64,000 nucleotides of DNA from Actinomycetes bacterium (GTDB taxonomy: Bacteria; Actinomycetota; Acidimicrobiia; Acidimicrobiales; RAAP-2), in assembly GCA_021845725.1 (NCBI GenBank), contig JAJZVL010000003.1, positions 1,806-65,805 on the forward strand. Direction: 5' to 3'. Shown in pieces: positions 39,204-47,772 of this stretch. The position numbers and the translations under genes are program-made. The notes beneath the pieces are model-generated. The model searched no databases. It was not told the origin of the DNA and saw nothing but the letters and a program-made list of their open reading frames with translations. Numbering within the stretch: the stretch's first letter is position 1; the number at the start of each line of letters is the position of its first letter.

Positions 39204-40759
39204 GCCACGGCTCCCTCGGAGAGGATCCGGTCGAGCGCCCTGAGGTCGAGGTGCGTCTCGAGGGTGTCGGCCAATCGGTCGATCCGCTGCTCGCGGGCGG
39301 CCGCGAACGATCCCGCGCACGCCACCTGCTTTCCCGCCTTCACTGCGACCCGTTCGAGGAAGGCCGCCCGTGCCGGGTCGGCCTCGAGCAGGCCGTGCAG
39401 CGTGGTGCCCCATACCGTGCCCCCGGCCGGGGTGGTGCCGATCGCGCCGTCTGCGGTTCCGTCGTCGAGGCTGACGAGGGCCCGCCCCGACGCGGCGACG
39501 ACGCCGTGGTGGATCTGGTACCCGCTCGCTCGCCGTCCGAACAGGAGCCCGCGCCGCCGAAGGGTGACCTTGTCGGGACCGAAGGTCGTCACCGCATCCA
39601 GGAGGCCAAGACCTTCGACGGACTTCTCCGACGACTCCACGCCGTCGGGGTCGGTGATCGTGCGGCCGAGCATCTGGTAGCCGGCACAGATCCCGAGCAC
39701 CGTGCCGTGGACCCCCGCGACGGCGCGGTCCAACCCGCGGCCCCGCAGCCAGGCCAGGTCGTCGGCGGTGCGCTTGGACCCGGGGATGACGAGGAGGTCC
39801 GGCTGCCCGACGTCGCGGGCGTCGGCGACCCAGCGCAGCCGCACTCCCGGCTCCAGCCGGAGCGGGTCGATGTCGGTGAAGTTGGCGATGTGGGGCAGCC
39901 GCACGACGGCGACGTCGAGCAGGTCCCCGGGCCCGGGCAGCAGGTTGCGATCGGGAAAGAGGTGAACCGCGACGCCATCCTCGTCTCCGGGGAGCACCTG
40001 GAGCGGACGCGCGAGGGCGAGCGAGTCCTCGCTGTCCGTCTCGGCTTCCTCCAGCCACGGCACGATCCCGAGGGTCGGCACGCCGGCACGCGCCTCGAGC
40101 CCGTCCGTCCCGCCGGAGAGGAGAGCCGGATCGCCGCGGAACTTGTTGATCACGAAGCCCTTCACCCGGCGGCGGTACTCGTCGGGCAGGAGGGCGACGG
40201 TCCCGAAGAGCGCGGCGAACACGCCGCCCAGGTCGATGTCGCCCACGACGACGGCCGGGAGGTCGGCCTCGTGGGCCAGTCGGAGGTTGACGATGTCGGT
40301 GTCGAGCAGGTTGATCTCGGCCGGGCTCCCCGCTCCTTCGAGGATCACCACGTCGTAGCGTGCGCGCAGCTCGGCGAGCGCCCCGAGGACCAGGCCGAAG
40401 AGCTCCGGCTTGAGCCGGTGGTACTCCGCAGCCGTCATCGTGCCGAGCGGTCGACCCATCACGACCACTTGACAGCGGTTGTCCCCCATGGGTTTGACCA
40501 GCACCGGGTTCATCGCGACCTCGGTTTCGATGCCGGCTGCCATTGCCTGCCAGGCCTGTGCCCGAGCGATCTCGTGACCCGATGGCGTGACCGTCGAGTT
40601 GTTCGACATGTTCTGCGCCTTGAACGGCGCCACCCGGGCCCCCTGCCGTGCGTAGTGGCGGCACAGGCCCGCCGTGATCGTGCTCTTTCCGGCATTCGAC
40701 GTGGCGCCGCACACCATGACTGCGCCTGATGAGGGAGCCGATCCCGCCCGATGGTGCAC
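39200..40759 (-). CDS. cobQ: Cobyric acid synthase
   Basis: VCGATSNAGKSTITAGLCR and GATase domain GICAGYQMLG...LHGL. The start is uncertain: GTG 40759 with GGGAGA 8 nt upstream, or ATG 40717. Confidence 0.9.
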   Translation of the reverse strand: MHHRAGSAPSSGAVMVCGATSNAGKSTITAGLCRHYARQGARVAPFKAQNMSNNSTVTPSGHEIARAQAWQAMAAGIETEVAMNPVLVKPMGDNRCQVVVMGRPLGTMTAAEYHRLKPELFGLVLGALAELRARYDVVILEGAGSPAEINLLDTDIVNLRLAHEADLPAVVVGDIDLGGVFAALFGTVALLPDEYRRRVKGFVINKFRGDPALLSGGTDGLEARAGVPTLGIVPWLEEAETDSEDSLALARPLQVLPGDEDGVAVHLFPDRNLLPGPGDLLDVAVVRLPHIANFTDIDPLRLEPGVRLRWVADARDVGQPDLLVIPGSKRTADDLAWLRGRGLDRAVAGVHGTVLGICAGYQMLGRTITDPDGVESSEKSVEGLGLLDAVTTFGPDKVTLRRRGLLFGRRASGYQIHHGVVAASGRALVSLDDGTADGAIGTTPAGGTVWGTTLHGLLEADPARAAFLERVAVKAGKQVACAGSFAAAREQRIDRLADTLETHLDLRALDRILSEGAVA

Positions 40760-40784
40760 CCTTGACGTCTCCCGCGTCGAGCTT

Positions 40785-40935
40785 TCCGCCGGCACAGGTG
40801 TCCTGGCTCCCGGATCGACGCTCTCCCCGGCCTTCCAATCCCGATGGACCGTGGCCTCAGCTGGGGGTTGCTCCCCGGTTACAGTTGCGGGACAGCCCCG
40901 GATTCTCACCGGCGTTCCCTGTAGCCGCCCCGGAC
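40785..40935 (-). promoter_or_regulatory. Cobalamin (B12) riboswitch leading the cobQ operon
   Basis: The minus strand reads GGGAACGCCGGTGAGAATCCGGGGCTGTCCCGCAACTGTAACCGGGGAGC ... GAAGGCCGGGG ... AGCCAGGACACC (B12-box-like, 40797-40808). Closing-helix candidate is CGGCTACAG / CTGTGCCGG. Confidence 0.85.
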
Positions 40936-40985
40936 GTTACCAGCCCTCGGTCGAACCCGCGAAACCGCTCTCACCTCCCGCCGCC

Positions 40986-41831
40986 GTGACCACCCCGCTT
41001 CGCGTGCTGCTGCTCGGGGGGACGACCGAGGCCAGCGGTCTGGCCGAGGCGCTGTCCGCACGCGACGACGTGTCGGTCGTGACCTCGTTGGCGGGACGGA
41101 CGGCAGCGCCCACCGCCCTGCCCGGACACCGACGGATCGGCGGGTTCGGCGGCCCTGGCGGCCTGGTCGCGTACCTCAGGTCGGAGCGCATCACAGCGGT
41201 CGTGGACGCCACGCACCCCTTCGCCGAGGCGATGCACCAGGAGGCGTACGACGCCTGTCGCGAGGCCGGGGTACCGAGGCTCCGCCTTGAACGGCCTCGG
41301 TGGCAGGCGCAGGGGGGGGACCGCTGGACGGTGGTTGCCGACGTGGCAGCTGCCGCGGCCGCCATCTCGGCTGGTCCAGCGCGGCGGGTGTTCCTCACCA
41401 CCGGTCGAGGCGACCTGGCTGCCTTCGTCCCCGGGGTCGACGGGCAACGCTGGTGGCTGGTTCGCTCGATCGATCCGCCGACGCGACTGCCGCTGCACCC
41501 TGCAGAGGTGATCCTCTCCCGTGGCCCGTTCAGCGTCGAAGGTGAGGCAGAGCTCATGGAGCTCCACCGGATCGACCTCGTCGTCACCAAGAACAGCGGC
41601 GGCGACGCCACCGTCGCCAAGCTCCATGCAGCTCGCCACCTGGATGTTGCCGTCCTCGTGATCGACCGGCCTCCTTCACCGCCCGGCCCGTCGGCTGCGA
41701 CCGTCTCTGATGCGCTCGAGTGGCTGTGGGCCTCGCTCGGCCTCCGACCGGCCGATGAGGGACGGCCTCGGCCCGCGCTCAGGAACGGCTGGCGTCTCCG
41801 GCGGCGACCTCCGCGACGCCTCGACCGCTGA
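40986..41831 (+). CDS. cobK: Precorrin-6A / cobalt-precorrin-6A reductase
   Basis: LRVLLLGGTTEASGLAEAL, IGGFGG, VDATHPFAEAM and VVTKNSGG. GTG start at 40986. The C-terminal approximately 30 aa are Arg-rich and overlap the convergent gene. Confidence 0.85.
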   Translation: MTTPLRVLLLGGTTEASGLAEALSARDDVSVVTSLAGRTAAPTALPGHRRIGGFGGPGGLVAYLRSERITAVVDATHPFAEAMHQEAYDACREAGVPRLRLERPRWQAQGGDRWTVVADVAAAAAAISAGPARRVFLTTGRGDLAAFVPGVDGQRWWLVRSIDPPTRLPLHPAEVILSRGPFSVEGEAELMELHRIDLVVTKNSGGDATVAKLHAARHLDVAVLVIDRPPSPPGPSAATVSDALEWLWASLGLRPADEGRPRPALRNGWRLRRRPPRRLDR

Positions 41832-44277
41832 CGGCGGCGGCGACCGCCTCGAGGGTCGGGCCGCTTGCGCCGCCGCGACTCTCGGTGGACAGCGCCGCAG
41901 CCACGTTGGCGAGGCGGGCGGCGGCCATCACGTCGTCTCCGGCCGCGAGCCGCGCCAGCATGGCGCCGACGTGGACGTCGCCGGCGCCGGTCGTGTCGAC
42001 GGCGGCGGCTCGGTGCCCGGGCACGTGCGCGGGTGCCATCCCCTGACGGGCGACCCAGCAGCCACCAGGTCCGACCCGCACCACGGCGACGCCGCCGGGG
42101 GCGAGCTGCTCGGCGAGCGCTGCTGCCGCTGCCGCAGGCGTGCGCGCCCCGGTACGCACGGCAGCCTCGCGCTCGCTGGCGCTGAAGAGGTTCACGCGCC
42201 CGAGCACCGCCCCGACGGGGTCTCCGGGGGACCCCCCGAGCGGTCCGGGGTCCACGGCCAGGAGGTGCTCAGGGTCCAGTCCGCGCAGCCATGACGCGAT
42301 CGCGGGTCCGGCGATGGGGTAGAGGAGGTCGTAGCCCGAGACGTAGACCGCGTCGCCGGCCTCCAGGACGACCTGCCGGAGGGAGCCGGCGTCGAGCCGC
42401 GACTCGATCCCGGGGGCGGTCACGAACGTGCGCTCACCGTCGGCTTCGACGATGCCGACGGTGAACCCCGTGTCTTCACCGGCGGCCGGCGGGATGAGGG
42501 CACGGATGCCGGAGAACTCGAGGTCTCGCGCCACTTGGCGCCCGAAGGCGCCGTCTCCGATCAGCCCTGCGTACGCACTGGGCAGGCCGAGGCGTGACGC
42601 CGCGCTCAGGACGTTGAACCCTCCGCCGCTGGCCAGGGTGCGGTCGTCGGCGATCACGTCACCGCCTCGCGTCGGCAGCGCGTCCACATGCACGAGGATG
42701 TCGAGGAGGATGCTGCCCACCAGTACCAGCCGGCTGACGGGAGCGGAGGCGGGGACGTACGCCTCCGGCGCGGGGCTCGCGGCCGGCGTTACGGCCGTCG
42801 CATCGTTGCAGGTGCTCGGAGGCGTCGGGGCCGACCAGCTCCGCCGCCGGCGTGCGATCGCGGTCAGCTCCCACCCGGCGATCGACACGGCTGCAGCCAC
42901 CGCGAGCCCGAGCCCGAACCCGAAGCTCCCGTCGCCCACCAGCCCGCCGGCGAGCGGCCCGGTGTAGAGCGGCGACGAAGTGGTCACGAGCGCCACCGCT
43001 GAGCCGGCGGCGAAACCGGCCAGTCCCGGCACATCCACGGCCCGGGCGGCATCCACGGCTCGGGTGGCATCCACGGCCCGGGCGGCATGCACGGCCCGGG
43101 CGGCCACCGTGCCGGCAGGGGAGCGCCGGGCGGATGCTCGCGTGGTGCTGACCATGTCGGCCAGCACCACTCCGGCCCAGGCGCTGAGCGCGGTCGCGAG
43201 CAGCGTCAGGAAGCTCTCGAACGGGCCGAGGAACCCGGAGCGGCCGATCATGAGCCACAGCCCGGCTCCGCACACCACGACGCCGTCGACCAGGACGGTG
43301 CGGCTGCGGCGGATCCGGACGCCGAGCGCGAGCAGCGTCAGGCCCGACGAGTAGCAGGCCAAGTCGGACTCGGCGAGCATGCCGCCGGCCGCGACCAGCA
43401 GGAAGGGCGTGGAGATCCACGCGGGGAGCGCCGCTCCGATCGGCCCGACCGGATCGAGGGCGGTTGCCAGGCCGTGGACCTTCGTGCTGAGGAGGTAGCC
43501 GGTGACGACCAGCACCGCGGTCGGCAGCGCCGCACCGCTCGTGACCCAGCCGACGACCGATCGGGCCCGCTCGTCCAGCGGCAGGTAGCGGCTGTAGTCG
43601 GGGGCGAGGTTGACCCAGCTGATGCCGGTCCCCGCTGCCAGGATCCCGCCGGCCACCAGCACGGTTCGCAGCGACGCCGGGTGTCCCGCGGCCAGCCGGC
43701 CGACGTCGACGTGCACCAGGAGCACGGGGAGAACGGCGACGGTGAGGAGGCCGAACCCGATGGCCGCGAGCCGCTGGAAGCGCAGGATCGCGCCGTGGCC
43801 GAGCACGCCGAGGACGAGTGACGCGCCGATCATGACGCCGAGCGCCGACGCGTCCACGACCGCTCCGGCCTGCACGTCGAAGACCGCGTGCGCTGCAGCG
43901 ACCAGAGCCCACGCGCCGATGACCGACGTCACCACCTCCCAGCCCAGCACGCTCACCCAGCCCACTGCCGCCGCGACGAGGTTGCCGGTCCGCCCCATTG
44001 CTCGGCGCGAGAGCACGAGGGCCGGCATCCCGGCGCGCTGGCCGGCCACCGACACCGCTCCGACCAAGAGGAACGACACCGTCGTCGCTGCGGCCGCGGT
44101 CACCAGCGCCTGGACCAGGTCGAGGCCCATCGCAGCGAGGATCGCGCCGAAGACGACCCCGAGGATCCCGAGGTTCGCGGCGAACCAGACTGCGAAGAGG
44201 CTCCTGGCGCGTCCATGGCGCTCGTCGGGGGGCACCGCCTGGATGCCACGCTGCTCGATCCAGGCGTGTCCCGTCAC
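41779..44277 (-). CDS. Single-ORF fusion of an NCS1-family (purine-cytosine type) permease with a C-terminal PfkB/ribokinase-family kinase
   Basis: Residues 1 to approximately 475 are NCS1-like (WIEQRGIQAVPPDERHGRARSLFAVWFAANLGI, multi-TM). A Pro/Ala/Ser/Thr linker follows. From residue approximately 514 the protein is a PfkB kinase (LVLVGSILLDILVHVDALPTRGGD, GGGFNVLSAASRLG, DTTGAGDVHVGAML). No stop codon occurs in 832 codons. Confidence 0.8.
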   Translation of the reverse strand: MTGHAWIEQRGIQAVPPDERHGRARSLFAVWFAANLGILGVVFGAILAAMGLDLVQALVTAAAATTVSFLLVGAVSVAGQRAGMPALVLSRRAMGRTGNLVAAAVGWVSVLGWEVVTSVIGAWALVAAAHAVFDVQAGAVVDASALGVMIGASLVLGVLGHGAILRFQRLAAIGFGLLTVAVLPVLLVHVDVGRLAAGHPASLRTVLVAGGILAAGTGISWVNLAPDYSRYLPLDERARSVVGWVTSGAALPTAVLVVTGYLLSTKVHGLATALDPVGPIGAALPAWISTPFLLVAAGGMLAESDLACYSSGLTLLALGVRIRRSRTVLVDGVVVCGAGLWLMIGRSGFLGPFESFLTLLATALSAWAGVVLADMVSTTRASARRSPAGTVAARAVHAARAVDATRAVDAARAVDVPGLAGFAAGSAVALVTTSSPLYTGPLAGGLVGDGSFGFGLGLAVAAAVSIAGWELTAIARRRRSWSAPTPPSTCNDATAVTPAASPAPEAYVPASAPVSRLVLVGSILLDILVHVDALPTRGGDVIADDRTLASGGGFNVLSAASRLGLPSAYAGLIGDGAFGRQVARDLEFSGIRALIPPAAGEDTGFTVGIVEADGERTFVTAPGIESRLDAGSLRQVVLEAGDAVYVSGYDLLYPIAGPAIASWLRGLDPEHLLAVDPGPLGGSPGDPVGAVLGRVNLFSASEREAAVRTGARTPAAAAAALAEQLAPGGVAVVRVGPGGCWVARQGMAPAHVPGHRAAAVDTTGAGDVHVGAMLARLAAGDDVMAAARLANVAAALSTESRGGASGPTLEAVAAAVSGRGVAEVAAGDASRS
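43032..43103 (-). repeat. 18-bp tandem repeat, 4 copies, in frame within the permease part of the NCS1-PfkB gene
   Basis: CATCCACGGCCCGGGCGG / CATCCACGGCTCGGGTGG / CATCCACGGCCCGGGCGG / CATGCACGGCCCGGGCGG on the plus strand. It encodes the A-R-A-V-(H/D)-A hexapeptide repeats (ARAVHAARAVDATRAVDAARAVD). Confidence 0.9.
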
Positions 44278-44348
44278 CGGCGGCGCACTGTAGCGCGACC
44301 TTCCGTCGCCGGGCGGGGGTGCTCCCGGTGGGCTGCGCTACCATCATG

Positions 44349-44495
44349 GCGCTGCAGTGCTCGGGAAGCCGGTGCGAGCCCGGCGCGGTCCCGCCACTGT
44401 GACCGGGGAGCGCCCCCCACGACGCCACTGGACCCGCCGGGCCTGGGAAGGCGGGGTGCGCGCCGATCCGGGAGCCAGGAGACCGGCTGCAGCGG
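44349..44495 (+). promoter_or_regulatory. Cobalamin (B12) riboswitch leading the cobI operon
   Basis: P1 candidate is GCTGCAG (44351-44357) with CTGCAGC (approximately 44487-44493). Core is GGGAAGCCGGTGCGAGCCCGGCGCGGTCCCGCCACTGTGACCGGGGAGC, then GCCACTGG and CTGGGAAGGCGGGG. B12-box-like AGCCAGGAGACC is at 44473-44484. ATG 44523 follows after GGGAGATGG. Confidence 0.9.
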
Positions 44496-44522
44496 TAAGG
44501 TGCCTCGTTCCACGGGAGATGG

Positions 44523-45302
44523 ATGATGGGCTCGGCGCTGGTCGGTGTCGGGGTAGGTCCCGGCGATCCCGGCTTGATCACGATCAAGGCCCTGTCGGAG
44601 CTACGTGCTGCCGGCCGCGTGTTCGGGCCGAGCATGGCGGTCGACGTCGTCGGGCGTGCCGAGTCGATCGTGCGGCAGGCTGCCCCCGACGTCGTGGTGG
44701 AGCGGCTGGTGTTCGCCATCGTGGAGGACGCCGTCGCTCGTCGTGCCGCCCACGAGCGTGCGGCCGACCGCGTCGCCGAGTGCCTCGCAGCCGGCGAGCG
44801 CGTCGCGTTCGTGACCCTCGGTGACCCGAACGTCTACAGCACCTTCCACCACCTGGCCGCCCGGGTGCTCGAGCGGAGCCCCGGAACGCCGGTGGTGACC
44901 GTGCCGGGGATCTGCGCGTTCCAGGACCTCGCGGCGCGCAGCGGCACCGTGCTGGTCGATGGCGTGGAGCGGCTCCACCTGGTCAGCGCCGTCGCCGGGC
45001 CCGAGGCCGTCGAGGCCCCGCTCGCCGATCCCGAGGCCGCGGTCGTGGTGTACAAGGGCGGTCGGCACCTCCCCGCCTTGGCCGAGCGCCTGCGTGCGGC
45101 GGGTCGCCTCGACGGCGCGGTGGTCGGCGAGCTCCTCGGCCTGCCCGGGGAGCGGGTGGAGTCGCTCGCTCTCGTTGCAGCCGCCCCGGGTGCCTACCTT
45201 TCCTCCATCCTCGTGCCACCACGTCGCGAGGGCATCGGCGAGGCGGCTGGCACCGAGACGGGCATCGGCGAGGCGGCTGGCACCGAGGCGGGCGAGCCGT
45301 GA
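44523..45302 (+). CDS. cobI: Precorrin-2 / cobalt-factor-II C20-methyltransferase
   Basis: LVGVGVGPGDPGLITIKAL, FVTLGDPNVYSTF. Confidence 0.9.
   Translation: MMGSALVGVGVGPGDPGLITIKALSELRAAGRVFGPSMAVDVVGRAESIVRQAAPDVVVERLVFAIVEDAVARRAAHERAADRVAECLAAGERVAFVTLGDPNVYSTFHHLAARVLERSPGTPVVTVPGICAFQDLAARSGTVLVDGVERLHLVSAVAGPEAVEAPLADPEAAVVVYKGGRHLPALAERLRAAGRLDGAVVGELLGLPGERVESLALVAAAPGAYLSSILVPPRREGIGEAAGTETGIGEAAGTEAGEP
45231..45290 (+). repeat. 30-bp tandem duplication (2 copies, 1 mismatch) at the 3' end of cobI
   Basis: GGCATCGGCGAGGCGGCTGGCACCGAGACG followed by GGCATCGGCGAGGCGGCTGGCACCGAGGCG. This encodes GIGEAAGTET GIGEAAGTEA. Confidence 0.9.
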
Positions 45303-46087
45303 TCTCGTTCGTCGGCGCCGGGCCCGGTGCGCCGGACCTCATCACCCTGCGCGGGCGTGACCGCCTCGCGGCTGCCGACGTCGTGATCTGGGCCTCGTCT
45401 CTGGTTCCCGAAGCCGTTCTGGCGCACGCCCGGCCGGACGCCGCCGTGCACGACTCCAAGACCATGACGCTCGAGGACGTCCTGGCCGTCTACGCGGCCA
45501 ACGCCGACGCGGCGGTGGTCCGGCTGCACTCCGGCGATCCGTCGATCTACGGGGCCATCCAAGAGCAGATCGACTGGTGCGTGGCCCAGGGGCGGGATTT
45601 CGAGATCGTGCCCGGGGTCAGCTCCCTCGGCGCCGCTGCGGCCGCGGTCGGACGGGAGCTGACCATTCCCGGCGTCGCCCAGAGCGTGGTGCTCACGCGC
45701 CTCGCAGGACGGACCGCCGCCAGCATGCCGAGGCGCGAGCACGTCGCCGCGTTCGCCGCCGCGGGCCCGACCCTCGCGGTGTTCCTGTCGGCGGCCCGGC
45801 CGGTCGAGCTGCAGCGCGAGCTGCTGGCCGCCGGCTCCGCCTACGAGCCCGCTACGCCTGCCGCCGTGGTGGTGCGGGCGACGTGGCCCGACGAGCAGGT
45901 GGTGCTGACGACGGTCGGAGCGCTGCCCGAGGCCATCGCGAGCACCGGCGCCCGCACGACGGTGCTCGTGCTGGTGGGGCCGGCGCTCGAGGGCGCCGGA
46001 GCGCGGAGCCGTCTCTACTCGCCGTCGTTCGCCCACGCCCACCGCCGCCGCTCCGCTCCAGGGACCACGACGGGTCGTCCCGCGTGA
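45299..46087 (+). CDS. cobM: Precorrin-4 / cobalt-precorrin-4 C11-methyltransferase
   Basis: ISFVGAGPGAPDLITLRG, RLHSGDPSIYGA. GTGA overlaps on both sides. Confidence 0.9.
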   Translation: MISFVGAGPGAPDLITLRGRDRLAAADVVIWASSLVPEAVLAHARPDAAVHDSKTMTLEDVLAVYAANADAAVVRLHSGDPSIYGAIQEQIDWCVAQGRDFEIVPGVSSLGAAAAAVGRELTIPGVAQSVVLTRLAGRTAASMPRREHVAAFAAAGPTLAVFLSAARPVELQRELLAAGSAYEPATPAAVVVRATWPDEQVVLTTVGALPEAIASTGARTTVLVLVGPALEGAGARSRLYSPSFAHAHRRRSAPGTTTGRPA

Positions 46088-47772
46088 CCCGGCCGCGAAC
46101 CGCCCAGCGCCGGCTCAACGGCACCGTGGCGTGCGTGTCGGTCACCGAGGCGGGCCGGATGATCGCCGGGCGGCTGCCGTTCCCTCACCACCACGGCGAC
46201 GCAGCCGGGACGATTCGCCGACTGTGGGCAGAGGTCGACGGCCTCGTCCTGCTGCTGGCAGCGGGTGCGGCCGTGCGCATCGTGGCGCCGCTGCTCTCGG
46301 GGAAGGGGGAAGACCCTGCGGTGGTCTGCGTGGACGAGTCGGCGCGCTGGGCCGTGGCGCTCGTCGGCGGCCACGGCGGTGCCAACGCGCTGGCCCGCGA
46401 GGTCGCCTCCTTGCTCGGTGCCGAGGCGGTCGTCACCACCGCGACCGATGCCACGGGGACTCCGGCGCTCGACCTGATCCCCGGCTTCCGAGCAGCGGGC
46501 GACGTCGCCGGAGTGACCGCCGCCCTGCTGGACGGGCGTTCGCCCGTGGTGGAGGTGGCCCTGCCCGGGTGGCCCGGCCCGGCCGCGCTCGCCGGCGGTG
46601 CAGGCCCCGAGCGGGTCATCGTGACCGACGCGGTGCACCCCGCCGAGGCAGGGGTGGCCGTGCTGCACCCCCCGTCGCTGGTGGTCGGGGTGGGGTGCTC
46701 CGCGAGGGCCGATCCCGCCGACGTCGACGCGCTCGTCGAGCGTGCCCTCGGGGGTGCAGGACTGGCCAGGGCCAGCGTCGGGTCGGTGGCGACCATCGAC
46801 CGGCGTCGCGACCACCCGGCAGTCGCCTCTCTCGGCCTCGAGGTACAGGCGTTCTCGGCGACGGAGCTCGGCGTTGTCGCGGTGCCGAACCCGAGCGCCG
46901 CCGTCGCCGACGCGGTCGGCACCCCGAGCGTCGCCGAGGCAGCCGCCCTGCTCGCCGCCGGCCCTGGCGCGTCGCTGGTGGTGGCAAAGCAGCGATCGGC
47001 GGTCGGGACCGTGGCCGTAGCCCGGCGCGCGACGCCGGCCGGCCGTCTGTCGGTGGTGGGGATCGGCCCTGGCGGTGCCGCGCATCGGACCCCGGCCGCG
47101 GTTGCCGCCGTGCGCCACGCCGAGGTCGTCGTCGGCTACGGGCCGTACCTCGACCAGGTCGGCGACCTGCTGACGGCGTCGCAGGCCGTGGTCCGCTCCC
47201 CGATCGGCAGCGAGGCGCCCCGTGCGCGCCTGGCGCTGGCCCAGGCTGCCGCCGGTCGGCAGGTCGCCCTCGTCTGCTCCGGCGACGCGGGCGTCTACGG
47301 CATGGCGTCGCTCGTCGTCGAGCTGGCCGGCGCCGAGGCGCCAGGTGTGCAGGTCGACGTGGTGCCCGGGGTCACCGCCGCGCTCGCCACCTCGGCCTTG
47401 CTCGGAGCGCCGCTCGGCCACGATCACGTCGCGATCAGCCTGTCGGACCTCCTCACGCCGTGGGAGGTGATCGAGCGGCGGCTGCGCGCCGCGGCCGAGG
47501 CGGACCTGGTGGTCGTCCTGTACAACCCGCGCTCGACCGGCCGCACCTGGCAGCTGCCTGCCGCGCTCGACATCCTGCGGGGACACCGGCCGCCGGCGAC
47601 GCCGGTGGGGCTCGTCACCGACGCCACCCGACCCAGCCAACGCGTGGTGTGCACCACGCTCGCCGAGGTCGACCCGGAAGATGTCGGGATGACGACCTGT
47701 GTCCTGGTCGGATCCACCACCACTACGACCGTTGCGGGGCGTATGGTCACCCCCCGGGGGTATCGGACGTGA
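46084..47772 (+). CDS. cobJ: Fusion of full-length CbiG-like protein (cobalt-precorrin-5A hydrolase family) with precorrin-3B C17-methyltransferase (CobJ/CbiH)
   Basis: CbiG N-terminal part: AVRIVAPLLSGKGEDPAVVCVDESARWAVALVGGHGGANALA. CbiG C-terminal part: VGVGCSARA...TPSVAEAAALLAAG. This is followed by the methylase LSVVGIGPGG...VCSGDAGVYGMAS. Confidence 0.85.
   Translation: MTRPRTAQRRLNGTVACVSVTEAGRMIAGRLPFPHHHGDAAGTIRRLWAEVDGLVLLLAAGAAVRIVAPLLSGKGEDPAVVCVDESARWAVALVGGHGGANALAREVASLLGAEAVVTTATDATGTPALDLIPGFRAAGDVAGVTAALLDGRSPVVEVALPGWPGPAALAGGAGPERVIVTDAVHPAEAGVAVLHPPSLVVGVGCSARADPADVDALVERALGGAGLARASVGSVATIDRRRDHPAVASLGLEVQAFSATELGVVAVPNPSAAVADAVGTPSVAEAAALLAAGPGASLVVAKQRSAVGTVAVARRATPAGRLSVVGIGPGGAAHRTPAAVAAVRHAEVVVGYGPYLDQVGDLLTASQAVVRSPIGSEAPRARLALAQAAAGRQVALVCSGDAGVYGMASLVVELAGAEAPGVQVDVVPGVTAALATSALLGAPLGHDHVAISLSDLLTPWEVIERRLRAAAEADLVVVLYNPRSTGRTWQLPAALDILRGHRPPATPVGLVTDATRPSQRVVCTTLAEVDPEDVGMTTCVLVGSTTTTTVAGRMVTPRGYRT

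Noticed and set aside
38478-40838. 786-aa ORF spanning the FhuF-like gene and most of cobQ
   Set aside because: Only the last 241 codons look like a real protein. The upstream part is an alternative frame of cobQ, whose own frame has GATSNAGKS and GATase motifs. GTG 39203 overlaps the cobQ stop.
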